Shown here: positions 27,836-37,398 of the stretch, piece by piece
How positions within the stretch are numbered: the first letter of the stretch is position 1
How the letters are laid out: every line of letters begins with the position of its first letter
IMG/VR virus record: IMGVR_UViG_3300022821_000015
Location: 13,973-77,972 of that record
Length of the DNA stretch: 64,000 bases
Source: a virus
Reading direction: 5' to 3' (one strand)
Program-made: the position numbers and the translations under genes
The notes under the pieces: generated by a model
What the model saw: only the letters and a program-made list of their open reading frames with translations
What the model was told of the DNA's origin: nothing
Database searches by the model: none

Positions 27836-28656
27836 TTCCAGTAATCCTGTTTTTTAGCGGCAACAATATCATTCTTATGTGATTTACCATTTTGCTTACG
27901 CTTACCTTTTAGATGGTCAACATAGTCACCGATAATACTATTCACAAATGGATGTCCTTTTACATTGTCTGGATTCAAATCGAAGTTGACAATCTTTTCT
28001 TCTGCTTCCATTTCATTACGGACAAGATCAAATGCATGACAATCCGTCCACTGACGAACATCAAAAATAGCATCGGACGTATACAATAACTCAAACCTAT
28101 TCATAAACTCACGAAAGTATGGATGGTTCATATCGTATCCAAGGAATCCACATTCCGAATATGTAATACGTCCAAGATATGAACAGAAGTAATCCGTTGG
28201 TAATAGTTTTTTCATTGCGGATTCATTAACAGGCGCAAATGTAACGGTATCGGCATCGAACCAAAACATAACATCGCCATCGACCACTGTGGCTGCGTGT
28301 GTCTGTGCAAATACCTTATGACAAAATCTTACAGCATTCCATAAGTAACTTTCGCTTTGTTCCCATTTCGGCTTGATAATACCTTTGCGTTCAACGCCGC
28401 CTTCAATCTTATGCGTGTTAGGCATACCATTAGCAACTGGATCGTTTTGGTGACGGTGCTTGAAATCAATTATTTTATCATACGCCATTAAGTCGTGATA
28501 CACAACGTTATCATAATCGATGGTTGGTCGTGTGCCTTCGTAATATGCGTGAATAGTTACATCACCTTTCCAGTTTGCGGCAAATGTTTCAATCATTCGT
28601 TTGCCATATACATTATATCCATCGTCGTTAAATGTTGTTACAATATTATATTTCAT
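27832..28656 (-). CDS. GT-A glycosyltransferase / nucleotide-diphospho-sugar transferase
   Basis: VTTFN...YG, RFCHKVFA, WFDAD, SECGF and HLKG. Confidence 0.8.
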   Translation of the reverse strand: MKYNIVTTFNDDGYNVYGKRMIETFAANWKGDVTIHAYYEGTRPTIDYDNVVYHDLMAYDKIIDFKHRHQNDPVANGMPNTHKIEGGVERKGIIKPKWEQSESYLWNAVRFCHKVFAQTHAATVVDGDVMFWFDADTVTFAPVNESAMKKLLPTDYFCSYLGRITYSECGFLGYDMNHPYFREFMNRFELLYTSDAIFDVRQWTDCHAFDLVRNEMEAEEKIVNFDLNPDNVKGHPFVNSIIGDYVDHLKGKRKQNGKSHKNDIVAAKKQDYWK

Positions 28657-29509
28657 TTTTCATTCTTTCCCAAGGTAATCCCTGTTTCATTTCTTCCATT
28701 GTCCACTGCATATACGATACCTTTTGAAATAATGCTAATCTATCGGTATCCGACATACTCGGATTTTCTATATTATTCAAATCGGTGTTTCCTAACTCCC
28801 AACTGAATGATCGTTCATTCGTTACAAATACAGGATATCCCAACTGTATTATTTTTAAGTCAACCGTCGATATTATAGCCACACCAGCCCAACAGTTTTG
28901 AAGGTCTTCTTCTAATGTATTCTTCCTTGATATGGTCACACCAGTTAATGTGTCTAAAAATACATTCATTTCAAGGTCGTCTGGTTTTGGTCTGACTACT
29001 ATATCACGGTCAGTAACTGATTTTATTTTTGATATTGTTTTGTTTATCCATTGATATTTATCAAAATCCAAAGCCGAAAAAGCATTTGCTCGTTGTAGAC
29101 ATAATAGTATATGATTGCCATTTTTACGCCAAGGTTTCATATTCAAATGAAGTCGGCTACCATCAATATTGCCCAACGCAAAGTTTCCTAGATTGGGTAA
29201 ATGACTGGATAACGATACTCGATAATGGTCTTCACCTATTAATGGCGATTCGATAATGATTACGTTTTTATGCTTTTCTTGAACTCGCAATCTTTCGGAT
29301 TTCAATGTATTGGCAATAAATCCATCACGATTACCCGTAGGCATTGCCCCTAGAATAATCGCACATGCATTGGGGTCGCCGTCGCCTACGTCATCACATA
29401 CAGTGAAATCATCACCGCATTTAATGATACCTTGTTTAAAAGATTCTACGATTTCTTGCTTTCGTTTTTTTATTCCAATAGTTTTGCGATAAAACACGGC
29501 TTTATTCAT
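28646..29509 (-). CDS. KpsS/KpsC-like GT-B protein, paralogue 4
   Basis: KPWR, RPKP, LEEDL and SYMQWTMEE. Confidence 0.65.
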   Translation of the reverse strand: MNKAVFYRKTIGIKKRKQEIVESFKQGIIKCGDDFTVCDDVGDGDPNACAIILGAMPTGNRDGFIANTLKSERLRVQEKHKNVIIIESPLIGEDHYRVSLSSHLPNLGNFALGNIDGSRLHLNMKPWRKNGNHILLCLQRANAFSALDFDKYQWINKTISKIKSVTDRDIVVRPKPDDLEMNVFLDTLTGVTISRKNTLEEDLQNCWAGVAIISTVDLKIIQLGYPVFVTNERSFSWELGNTDLNNIENPSMSDTDRLALFQKVSYMQWTMEEMKQGLPWERMKNEI

Positions 29510-29513
29510 ATGA

Positions 29514-29532
29514 TATTTATTTGAAATAAATA
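29514..29532. promoter_or_regulatory. Divergent late promoters
   Basis: ATAAATA on both strands between divergent genes. Confidence 0.55.
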
Positions 29533-29537
29533 CCTTT

Positions 29538-30386
29538 ATGAAAATAGCAGTATTCCCTGAACACTCAAGTATGGCTGGGCGACCAGTATTTGACGCATTT
29601 ATTAAGTCGCTAAAAGGCGAAGATGTCGTTCATAACAATATGGATGCGGACGTTGCTGTTATATGGTCGCAACTATGGAACGGCAGAATGAAACCAAATG
29701 AACAGATTTGGAAACATTATCGTTCACAGAAAAAGCCGGTTATTGTATTGGAAGTCGGGTGCTTGAAACGTAATGAAACGTGGAAGGTCGGGATTAATGG
29801 CATTAATGCCGATGCTATTTGGGCTACGGCTAATGGACCAACACGCCTTGGACTTGAAGCCAAACCTTGGTCAACTGGCGACAATATTATTATTTGTGGT
29901 CAGCACGGGTTTAGTGAACAATGGAAAGGTATGCCGCCTATGGACGAATGGATGATTAGTATATGTCGCAAGGTTCGTGCACATACTGACCGCAAGATTA
30001 TACTACGACCCCATCCACGTTTTCACGTATCACCACATTATATAAAAGAGTTTAACGATGTTATTATTGATAAACCGAAACATTTAAAAGGATCGTATGA
30101 TGACTTTGATTTTGAAGATACTTTGGGCAATGCTCACTGTGTCATTTGCCATAGTAGTGGTCCTGCTGTGGTTAGTGTTCTTAATGGTGTTCCCGCTTTT
30201 GTCTCACATCATAATATGGCTTATCCTGTCGCTATGGATATTACTGAGTTGGAACACATAGAGACACCGTTATTGTTTCCACGTGATAAGTGGATAAATA
30301 AGATTAGTTACACTGAGTGGACAATAGACGAGATTGCTGCTGGTGAACCTTGGAATCGATTAAAGGAAAAACTATGCACGGATTAG
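29538..30386 (+). CDS. KpsS/KpsC-like GT-B protein, paralogue 5
   Basis: EVG, KPW, RPHP, HSSGPAVVSVLNGVP and SYTEWTIDE. Confidence 0.7.
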   Translation: MKIAVFPEHSSMAGRPVFDAFIKSLKGEDVVHNNMDADVAVIWSQLWNGRMKPNEQIWKHYRSQKKPVIVLEVGCLKRNETWKVGINGINADAIWATANGPTRLGLEAKPWSTGDNIIICGQHGFSEQWKGMPPMDEWMISICRKVRAHTDRKIILRPHPRFHVSPHYIKEFNDVIIDKPKHLKGSYDDFDFEDTLGNAHCVICHSSGPAVVSVLNGVPAFVSHHNMAYPVAMDITELEHIETPLLFPRDKWINKISYTEWTIDEIAAGEPWNRLKEKLCTD

Positions 30387-30499
30387 ACCCTGTTATGATA
30401 TTATCAATGCTTGCTGGCGTAGCTGCTATCGGATTGGCTGCACTTGGCGCATTGGCTTGGTTTGGATATTATATTTGGAAAAAGAATATCAAACGTTAA
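30374..30499 (+). CDS. 41-aa single-pass membrane peptide (not in ORF track)
   Basis: MHGLDPVMILSMLAGVAAIGLAALGALAWFGYYIWKKNIKR; AAGGA RBS. Confidence 0.45.
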   Translation: MHGLDPVMILSMLAGVAAIGLAALGALAWFGYYIWKKNIKR

Positions 30500-30723
30500 T
30501 CGCTAACTTCGTTCCATTCCCATAGACATTCTGCGTCATTGCTAACGTTCACGTTAATATTACACACGTCTATCGGCGGGAAGTGTACCCTGCACACGGT
30601 ATGTATATACTCTGGATTATCATGGTGGTGTGAATAGCTGAACGCCTGATATCCCATACTATGCTTGCAGTTATCACACGATTTTTCTTGTGAAAGTAGA
30701 AACCAAAATTCGTCTTTATCCAT
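30496..30723 (-). CDS. FW-CxxC-WxW family microprotein
   Basis: MDKDEFW...CDNC...WEWN. Confidence 0.65.
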   Translation of the reverse strand: MDKDEFWFLLSQEKSCDNCKHSMGYQAFSYSHHHDNPEYIHTVCRVHFPPIDVCNINVNVSNDAECLWEWNEVSD

Positions 30724-30949
30724 CGATATGTCGCCAATATTTATAGTTATTCATAACACATCGAAACTCACTGGCATCGGAAGGCAGTTCGCCTTCCGCA
30801 GAAAATGGTATTAAGCATTTTGTTTTATTACGTAGTTCAAGTGTGTCACTATTCGGTTCGTGATACTTACAGGTTTTGCAACTTTTTTTTGAGATATCAT
30901 ATTTGATACTTATCCAGAACTCTTCTTTGGCTTTTTCTTCATCAGTCAT
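30716..30949 (-). CDS. FW-CxxC-WxW family microprotein (start revised)
   Basis: MTDEEKAKEEFW...CKTC...YWRHIDG. Confidence 0.6.
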   Translation of the reverse strand: MTDEEKAKEEFWISIKYDISKKSCKTCKYHEPNSDTLELRNKTKCLIPFSAEGELPSDASEFRCVMNNYKYWRHIDG

Positions 30950-31035
30950 TCTTCCCATTCCCAATAATCTGCTTGCAGTTGCCGCAATGTCTTTTGACTG
31001 GTTCACGCAAACTATTCCAAAAGTCATCTTTATCC

Positions 31036-31425
31036 TTATGTAAGGATTTTCTTACCTGTTCCAAAATCTTTGCCTTCGTTAATAATAGCGTGGGAGAACG
31101 CTTCCTTGGAATCGCCTAGCACCTTATATGCACTTACCTTCGTGCCGTTAAGTCGATACATCGGTTTTCCATTTTTGTCAAAAGATGCAGGACCATCTTC
31201 ACGATGTAGCATACCGTTACGATAATACTTTTCAACACCATTTTTGATAGTGGCTGGACCGTCTTCTCGGTGCGTTTTCCACGATGCCCAACTCCAGTTG
31301 CCGCCGACTAGAGCAGTATATCGAACATCGTTACCACCCTCTTTTACGGTAACCTTTTTGTTACCATCTTCTGATGTATATGTTGCTTCGGTTAACGTGT
31401 AACCTTTTTCAATCTTGTAATCCAT
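31036..31425 (-). CDS. Hypothetical protein with HREDGPA repeats
   Basis: Two HREDGPA units. Confidence 0.65.
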   Translation of the reverse strand: MDYKIEKGYTLTEATYTSEDGNKKVTVKEGGNDVRYTALVGGNWSWASWKTHREDGPATIKNGVEKYYRNGMLHREDGPASFDKNGKPMYRLNGTKVSAYKVLGDSKEAFSHAIINEGKDFGTGKKILT

Positions 31426-31702
31426 TTTTATCCCTTACTATAATATAAACGTTCCCCAGTTCTGTGGGCTGATATCGGTATACACCAGATGGTGAAAGAC
31501 GTTTAATGATGTGAATAATATCTACTACCACAACTTCCCATATTCTACAAAAATTCGGTTTATCTTTTTCCACAGCCTGTATTTCATCGGGCTTATCGAT
31601 CCATAAAGTTTCACCGATGCGTGGAATAACCGAATGGAAATATTGACCAAGATCAATATCTTCGTTATCTTCGTATTCTAACTGTATTCTTACTTCGTTC
31701 AT
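31409..31702 (-). CDS. Hypothetical protein
   Basis: 97 aa, IPRIGE motif, overlapping neighbours. Confidence 0.55.
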   Translation of the reverse strand: MNEVRIQLEYEDNEDIDLGQYFHSVIPRIGETLWIDKPDEIQAVEKDKPNFCRIWEVVVVDIIHIIKRLSPSGVYRYQPTELGNVYIIVRDKNGLQD

Positions 31703-32040
31703 AATCCCATTAATCCCGCCATCATGATATGTTTACCCAGCGTTTCTTTTGCTTCTTCAAATCGTTTATATAAATGCGGCTGACGTTTCTTAAACCGCAA
31801 TGACGCCGATGAATATTCAATCCACGTCCGTTGAACATTTTCAAAAAGTATCTTCAAGTCTTTACGGGTATTGATATCGTGAACGTGTTCAATCGTTTCC
31901 CGTACTTCATAGAAGTATCGCTGCCACTCCCCATAATCAACTATTCCGGGACCAGCGGCGACTGTTGACGACGATTTTGGAAATGCTGCTTTTAACTCGG
32001 TGCGAACTGCTTTTGCGTCGTCTTTGGTGAAATATGCCAT
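31699..32040 (-). CDS. Hypothetical early protein (possibly a deletion chimera)
   Basis: Strong AGGAG RBS behind a sigma70 promoter. Confidence 0.55.
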   Translation of the reverse strand: MAYFTKDDAKAVRTELKAAFPKSSSTVAAGPGIVDYGEWQRYFYEVRETIEHVHDINTRKDLKILFENVQRTWIEYSSASLRFKKRQPHLYKRFEEAKETLGKHIMMAGLMGL

Positions 32041-32076
32041 TTGTATAAACTCCTGTTTGAATCAACTTACAAATAC

Positions 32077-32105
32077 AATATACCCCATCAGTCAGGATAT
32101 GTCAA
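32077..32105 (-). promoter_or_regulatory. Sigma70-type early promoter
   Basis: TTGACA-17 bp-TATATT. Confidence 0.7.
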
Positions 32106-32314
32106 CTGTTATTCCATTCCCAATGCCGTGGTTGAATATCATTACCATAATCATCCGAACAATCACTGTATATGCTATCGGCATAATATTTACTATCGTT
32201 TCCGTTGGATTCACAACCTTCATTGGAATGAAGACAGTTGTTACATACACGGGTTTTCAATGCGGGTAGCGATAGACTGTCCCAAAACTGTTGTTTATCA
32301 ATCATCTTCGGCAT
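32102..32314 (-). CDS. FW-CxxC-WxW family microprotein
   Basis: MIDKQQFWDSL...CNNC...HWEWN. Confidence 0.65.
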   Translation of the reverse strand: MPKMIDKQQFWDSLSLPALKTRVCNNCLHSNEGCESNGNDSKYYADSIYSDCSDDYGNDIQPRHWEWNNS

Positions 32315-32587
32315 CGGCGGTTACGGCAAATCCTTCACGATCAGTATCGGCTTCGGTGCGTGTGCCAAATGTCGTGTCTACTGACGCAATAAAAATACCA
32401 TCTTCTAATGATACGTCATACAGTGTATAGTGACATTCCGCTTCGTTTATCAGGACTATCCGTGCTATCAGTTCCGGTAAATGGACCGAACACCGTATCA
32501 ACGACCACGACCAAACACACAATACCCACAATCATCATCATTCGATTAAGCGTCTGGGCTAACTTCTCTACTTCACTCATCATTTTT

Positions 32588-32663
32588 CTCCTTTTGTTAT
32601 GATGCATAGTAGCACATCCAAAGGACTCCTTTTGTTATGATGCATAGTAGCACATCCAAAGGA
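32588..32663. repeat. 38-bp perfect tandem duplication of a promoter -10/RBS segment
   Basis: ctccttttgttatgatgcatagtagcacatccaaagga x2; TTGACA(32666-32671)-16-TACTAT on minus. Confidence 0.85.
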
Positions 32664-32667
32664 TATG

Positions 32668-33132
32668 TCAATAGGTTTTTTGAATCTCTACATCTTCCAT
32701 CCCTGCGCTGCGCAGTCGGGTAATATGACCAAGCATAAAGTTCTTTGATTCCAATGCTTTCATAATACTAAGGAACTTATTTCTGATAAGGGCAACCTCG
32801 TTGATTACCATATCCATTTCAGTTACATCATCCTCGCCATCAACATATTTTTCAATCTCTCGGGATGATAATGCTTTTTGGTATCGTTCATATTTGATGT
32901 ATTCACCCTTGCGGATTTTTCTCATTTCGATATTAAGAAGGTTTAGCACAGCCTCAACTTCTTGAAGCTGGCTAAATCTTACTTCGGTAATAGCTGGAAG
33001 TTGGGCTAGATTCTTTTCCAAGTTACCAGATGTGTCAATGTCTTCCCTTGCTTCAAGGAGTTCTTTTTCACAATATCTGATAAAACCGGGGATTTCCCCG
33101 AGGTCTTTTGTAATACGTCCATACCAACTCAT
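32668..33132 (-). CDS. uvsY: UvsY-like recombination mediator
   Basis: Helical 154-aa protein with EIEKYVDGE...IMKALESKNFML; downstream of uvsX. Confidence 0.7.
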   Translation of the reverse strand: MSWYGRITKDLGEIPGFIRYCEKELLEAREDIDTSGNLEKNLAQLPAITEVRFSQLQEVEAVLNLLNIEMRKIRKGEYIKYERYQKALSSREIEKYVDGEDDVTEMDMVINEVALIRNKFLSIMKALESKNFMLGHITRLRSAGMEDVEIQKTY

Positions 33133-33135
33133 ATT

Positions 33136-33360
33136 CTATTCCCAATCTTCGTCTTCGGTTTCGTCTTCATCTTCGGGGAAATGGTCTAACACAGCGTCCT
33201 TCATATGTGAATCCAATGCTTTTAATACCATTGCAGTTTCTTCATCCAATCCGGAATCAATCAAGTTTGTAACAACGTGGTCCGCTGCGACTTGACGATC
33301 CTTGGCTGGAACATATTCTTTAACTGTTTCCCAAAAGATTTCTAGTAGTTCTGTATCCAT
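33136..33360 (-). CDS. Acidic hypothetical protein
   Basis: 74 aa with GAGG RBS. Confidence 0.6.
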   Translation of the reverse strand: MDTELLEIFWETVKEYVPAKDRQVAADHVVTNLIDSGLDEETAMVLKALDSHMKDAVLDHFPEDEDETEDEDWE

Positions 33361-33382
33361 TTGTTATCCTCGTTTCGTGTAT

Positions 33383-34636
33383 TTATTCAACTTCTTCTAC
33401 GACGACTTCTTCTGGTTCGATTTCTTCAACCACCGGCTCTGGATTATCAAGTGTATCCATATACTCGTTCATAACGATTTGAAGTTTATCGTTAGACCAG
33501 TTTTTACGGAACTCAATGATTTCTTCACCAGCTTTGGTTTCATATTTAAGGCGATTTCCTTGCTTAACAAGAATACCCTTTTCCTCAAACATATCCAACA
33601 TACCCGAATACGGGTCCATGCCTGTTTCGTATGGGATTTGAAGTTCTGCATCCTCAAAAGGTTTGTTGTATCGTGTTTTCATAATCTTACACTTAGCACG
33701 AATACCGTGAACCTTTGAAGTCTTTACGCCATCAGCATCAGTTTTCAACTTCAGCTTTTTCATAGCGATAACAATAGATGCCGCATAGATTGGACCTGAA
33801 CCGCCACTGATTTTATCATCTGGATCAAACATATCCTGTGATGCATATGTGTGGTTTGTAGCCACTAGACCGACATTGTAGTTACCGAACATATTAACAC
33901 AGTTCATAACCAATGACTTTAATGCACGTGGTTTGTGTCCAAAGTCACCTTTCATATTACCAGCAGTAAACTGGTCAATCTGAATGTCAGTAAGCAATGC
34001 ACCTAAAGAATCAATAACAAATAGAATCTTCGGACGTTCTGCTTCATCCATTTCTTTATAATCTTTCATAAACGATGCGATAGTTTTTGCTACATCGTCT
34101 ACTTTACTCATTGACAAACGTAGTAGTTTATCTTCACTTGTATCTACGTTTAGTGCGTGTAGCCAAGATTCATCAAGTGCGTTTTCGCTGTCAATAAGGA
34201 CAACATAGATGCCTTGATCTTGTGCATTTTTTACTACGTTACCCGATGCGATAAATGATTTACCAGAATTATGACTGGAAATGCCATCTCCCCAATATCG
34301 ATGATTAGCATGATTGACCTCAAAATCAAAACATTCAGCATCATCAATTGTGGATACTAAGATAATTTTCTCGGGGCCTGAAGTAGTCAAAATCACATCA
34401 CCATAGCTTAATTCAGACGCAAGTAACCATTTACCGCTTTCAAGCTGAACTAAATGGTTTTCAGCACACTCAGTCTGATGATTTTCAGTTCCAATTTTAA
34501 CCATCCCCATAACGCCCTTATCAAACCAGCTGACTATTGATTGATAACCGTCCGGTGTATCAATCTCAATATCATAACTATTTGACTTATACAGCTGTTC
34601 TAATTCTTCAACTGATACTGTTTTTTCAGTAAACAT
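33383..34636 (-). CDS. uvsX: UvsX/RecA C-terminal half preceded by a 123-aa split-intein C-part
   Basis: ECAENH (block B), CFDFEV...YWGDGISSHN|SGKS, then IDSENALD, VIDSLG, NHTY and SGG. Confidence 0.92.
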   Translation of the reverse strand: MFTEKTVSVEELEQLYKSNSYDIEIDTPDGYQSIVSWFDKGVMGMVKIGTENHQTECAENHLVQLESGKWLLASELSYGDVILTTSGPEKIILVSTIDDAECFDFEVNHANHRYWGDGISSHNSGKSFIASGNVVKNAQDQGIYVVLIDSENALDESWLHALNVDTSEDKLLRLSMSKVDDVAKTIASFMKDYKEMDEAERPKILFVIDSLGALLTDIQIDQFTAGNMKGDFGHKPRALKSLVMNCVNMFGNYNVGLVATNHTYASQDMFDPDDKISGGSGPIYAASIVIAMKKLKLKTDADGVKTSKVHGIRAKCKIMKTRYNKPFEDAELQIPYETGMDPYSGMLDMFEEKGILVKQGNRLKYETKAGEEIIEFRKNWSNDKLQIVMNEYMDTLDNPEPVVEEIEPEEVVVEEVE

Positions 34637-34637
34637 A

Positions 34638-35765
34638 TTATTCTCCTATTTCAGTTACGCATTTTTTAATAATTATATCAGGGGTTGATCGGTATTCTGA
34701 TTCCCAAATAATAACTAATTTTTTTACTAGTTCGCAATCTCGTATTCTATTTTCCCGGATAAAATCCGAGTCCCATTTCTCTTTGGACGTATACCCGAAT
34801 GACTTCATATCTGCTTCATACATTAATGGATTACGATGAAAGTAATCACCATGAAATTCAATAACCGTCCCTGAATCTTTATGAAAGAAATCAACACGCA
34901 AGCCATCAATTAAATATTCATAATTTCTCGTTTCATAATACATATTTCCCTGAACATACTTCGTTATAGCATCAAATAAATGCTGGGAAATCTTTGAAAA
35001 CCGTTGCGTTGGTTTACTTTTCATTTTTTCACAATAATCATTGTATTTATTTAAAGCTTCCTCATATGATAAACCACGGGCCATGCCCCCTTTTATACTA
35101 TGTGATTTTTTTAAATTAAAGAGAGCGTTATCTTCTTTTGATTTATTTGAAAGAGTTTGTTGCCATTGTTTAATTCTAGCTTCGTATTTTACACGCCCTA
35201 TATCTTCGCCATATTTCTTTGTATAATATATCAATCCGTTGGTTGTTTGAATATTTGAAACCTCTGCTTTAGCTTCAAGCTCAGTATAACCTTGTTTTAG
35301 CCAAAAAGCTACTGACCTACATGTATATTCACTAGTTCCTTTTGTTTTCTCAACTGACAACATATTTCGGGCTTTCTGTATTTTAATTACTTCCTGCTTG
35401 GCGGCTTCTTCAGTATATCCAAGATTAATCCAGTATTCTGAGCAATTTTTAAACCCTGCTTTCTTCCGGGTTGTTTGCGTTTTATATATTTCTTTAAAAT
35501 TAGCTTTGCCATAACGCAAGACTTGCGTATATATTGAAGTGCCTGAAATCCCTTTGAGCCGCCTATATCTCCCTTTATAATTATTCAAATCATATAACAC
35601 AAAACATGCAATAGTGGCTAACATATTTTCTACTTTTTTCGGGGTTCCATAATGATCAAAGAAATCATTCAGTCGTTCATAATGACATGAAGTTAAAACC
35701 TTACTTAATAAAATATCCCTTACGTGCTTTCTTTTTAAAAATCGCTCTGTTTGTTTGGTTATCAT
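34638..35765 (-). mobile_element. Free-standing Vsr-like homing endonuclease between the uvsX halves
   Basis: YW...GYTEEAA repeats; SKIS...LRVDFF...VIEFHGDYFHRNP...D..R...IWESE. Confidence 0.85.
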
Positions 35766-35767
35766 TA

Positions 35768-35808
35768 TACCAGTCTCCTTTTATAGTATTTAGCATAGAA
35801 GACTGGTA
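35768..35808 (-). promoter_or_regulatory. RBS-sequestering hairpin with a late promoter in its loop
   Basis: 12-bp stem UACCAGUCUUCU / AGGAGACUGGUA; the loop contains CTAAATA. Confidence 0.75.
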
Positions 35809-35816
35809 AGATACAT

Positions 35817-36056
35817 TTATTTCGGCTTATATCTGATTTTTATTGATGCGGTTTTAGGCAAGCACCCAGATTCACCGGCAAGAATGGTTACTTTACCAAG
35901 CGGGATACCTTTATTGAAATCACCACTAATACGATAGTTTAGTAGATAGTTTCCTGTTGAAATCCAATCGGTAGGATCGTGGAAACCAAAGCTGATTCCC
36001 TCAATAGATTTAGTTAAGTCTTTTCGAAATTTGCTCACATCGAAGGGACGGGGCAT
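35817..36056 (-). CDS. uvsX: UvsX/RecA N-terminal fragment ending in a 15-aa split-intein N-part
   Basis: ISTGNYLLN...GIPLGKVTILAGESG|CLPKTASIKIRYKPK stop; AGGAG RBS. Confidence 0.9.
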   Translation of the reverse strand: MPRPFDVSKFRKDLTKSIEGISFGFHDPTDWISTGNYLLNYRISGDFNKGIPLGKVTILAGESGCLPKTASIKIRYKPK

Positions 36057-36194
36057 TATTATTCTCCTAAAAAAGATGTGATGCTATCCCTGCATTCGCA
36101 TCACTATTGGACTCTGTAACGCTATATCTAATAGCGAAAAGATATATCGGCGGGGTCCAAAAAGATTACTTAAACGTCACAGCCACGTGGGGGT

Positions 36195-37223
36195 TTAAGC
36201 TTCCTGTTGTTTACGTGAACGAATTTTTGATAGAATGTCCGCCGCACGATCAGATGAGTCGCCTTTAGATTCAGCTACTGGAGCTTCTTTCTTTGGTTCT
36301 TCAACGTCGAACGGTGGCTTTTCGTCATCATTCGTAGTTTTTGTTGGAGTTGATGTTGTCGTTGATGATGTTGTATCATCACGTGTCGCACCTTCTGGTT
36401 TGTCTACTCCCCAAGGACGGTAATATGCCGCCCACTTTTCTGGGTCATATTTTTCACCGTCAACTGACGCTTCAAACATTTCCATAATAACCTTCAAATC
36501 AACATCAGAAGGTTTGCGTGGTAGGAAGTCACTTAGTGTACTCAAACCGTATTCTTCAATAGCCGCAAGTTGCTCTGCTGTTAATGCAGATTCCTTACGT
36601 GCCCACGAAGATTGATCGTAAGAAGCCCATTTACCATCCTGTGTTTTGCGGATGTTAAAATCAAGACCTGCTTCATAATCATCTGGCCACGCATCCAAGT
36701 CGTCTAAAAGAATAGAACGTGCTTTTTTGTGTAAGCCGGGGTTCATTACAAACCTACGGATTGGGTTTTCTGGGGTATTATCTTCCATCGCATTGTTGTT
36801 GCGATCAACAAATCCCGGATGCTCAAGTACAAATCCCTGATAGATATAAGAACGCTTCTTCCAGTATTTATTAGCTTGCGCTTCCATTGCTGGGTCTTTA
36901 TACCAAGGCTTGATTTCAGCCTGAACCGGGCAGCTAGACCCATCGTTATACATCTCCACGCAAGGAACTTGTAGTTTTACAAACTCTTTGGTTGGATCGC
37001 CCACAACGCCTGAAAACTCAAGATTGATCATAAGACGCTCAACGTGAAAACCTTCAACGTTAGCTTCGTCGCCGTCTGGGCAAAATCTTACTTTTGCTGT
37101 GGTATCTACTGGGATTTGCCAAAATGGATAACTTGCGTTATCGTTCACAAAGGTTGATTTACCTTCGTTTGCTGCTTCTTTTTTTAGTTGGTCGCGGATG
37201 TCCGCTAATGATTTACGTGCCAT
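36195..37223 (-). CDS. gp32: Single-stranded DNA-binding protein, gp32-like
   Basis: VRFCP, CPV, YWKKRSY, GLDFNIRK...ASYDQS and an acidic C-terminal region. Confidence 0.85.
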   Translation of the reverse strand: MARKSLADIRDQLKKEAANEGKSTFVNDNASYPFWQIPVDTTAKVRFCPDGDEANVEGFHVERLMINLEFSGVVGDPTKEFVKLQVPCVEMYNDGSSCPVQAEIKPWYKDPAMEAQANKYWKKRSYIYQGFVLEHPGFVDRNNNAMEDNTPENPIRRFVMNPGLHKKARSILLDDLDAWPDDYEAGLDFNIRKTQDGKWASYDQSSWARKESALTAEQLAAIEEYGLSTLSDFLPRKPSDVDLKVIMEMFEASVDGEKYDPEKWAAYYRPWGVDKPEGATRDDTTSSTTTSTPTKTTNDDEKPPFDVEEPKKEAPVAESKGDSSDRAADILSKIRSRKQQEA

Positions 37224-37226
37224 GTT

Positions 37227-37292
37227 TATGCTCCTATGCCTTTATGCCGTATATGCCTTGGCTACTATGTGTAGCCTATTGTAGTCTATGCC
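37227..37292 (-). promoter_or_regulatory. Putative gp32 translational operator
   Basis: Five (G)GCATA repeats (four at 8-9 nt spacing around the RBS) and a ggctac/gtagcc hairpin. Confidence 0.5.
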
Positions 37293-37398
37293 TTGATCAC
37301 TTTGTGCGATCTATCGTTGCAATGCTTATTCAATATAACCATTATAACGCATTGTATTTATCAAATACTATATAAAAATAAAAAAAGTTTGGGTATTA

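Noticed and set aside
36070-36194. tRNA in the structured intergenic region
   Set aside because: No T-loop GTTCRA, cloverleaf or CCA end was found.
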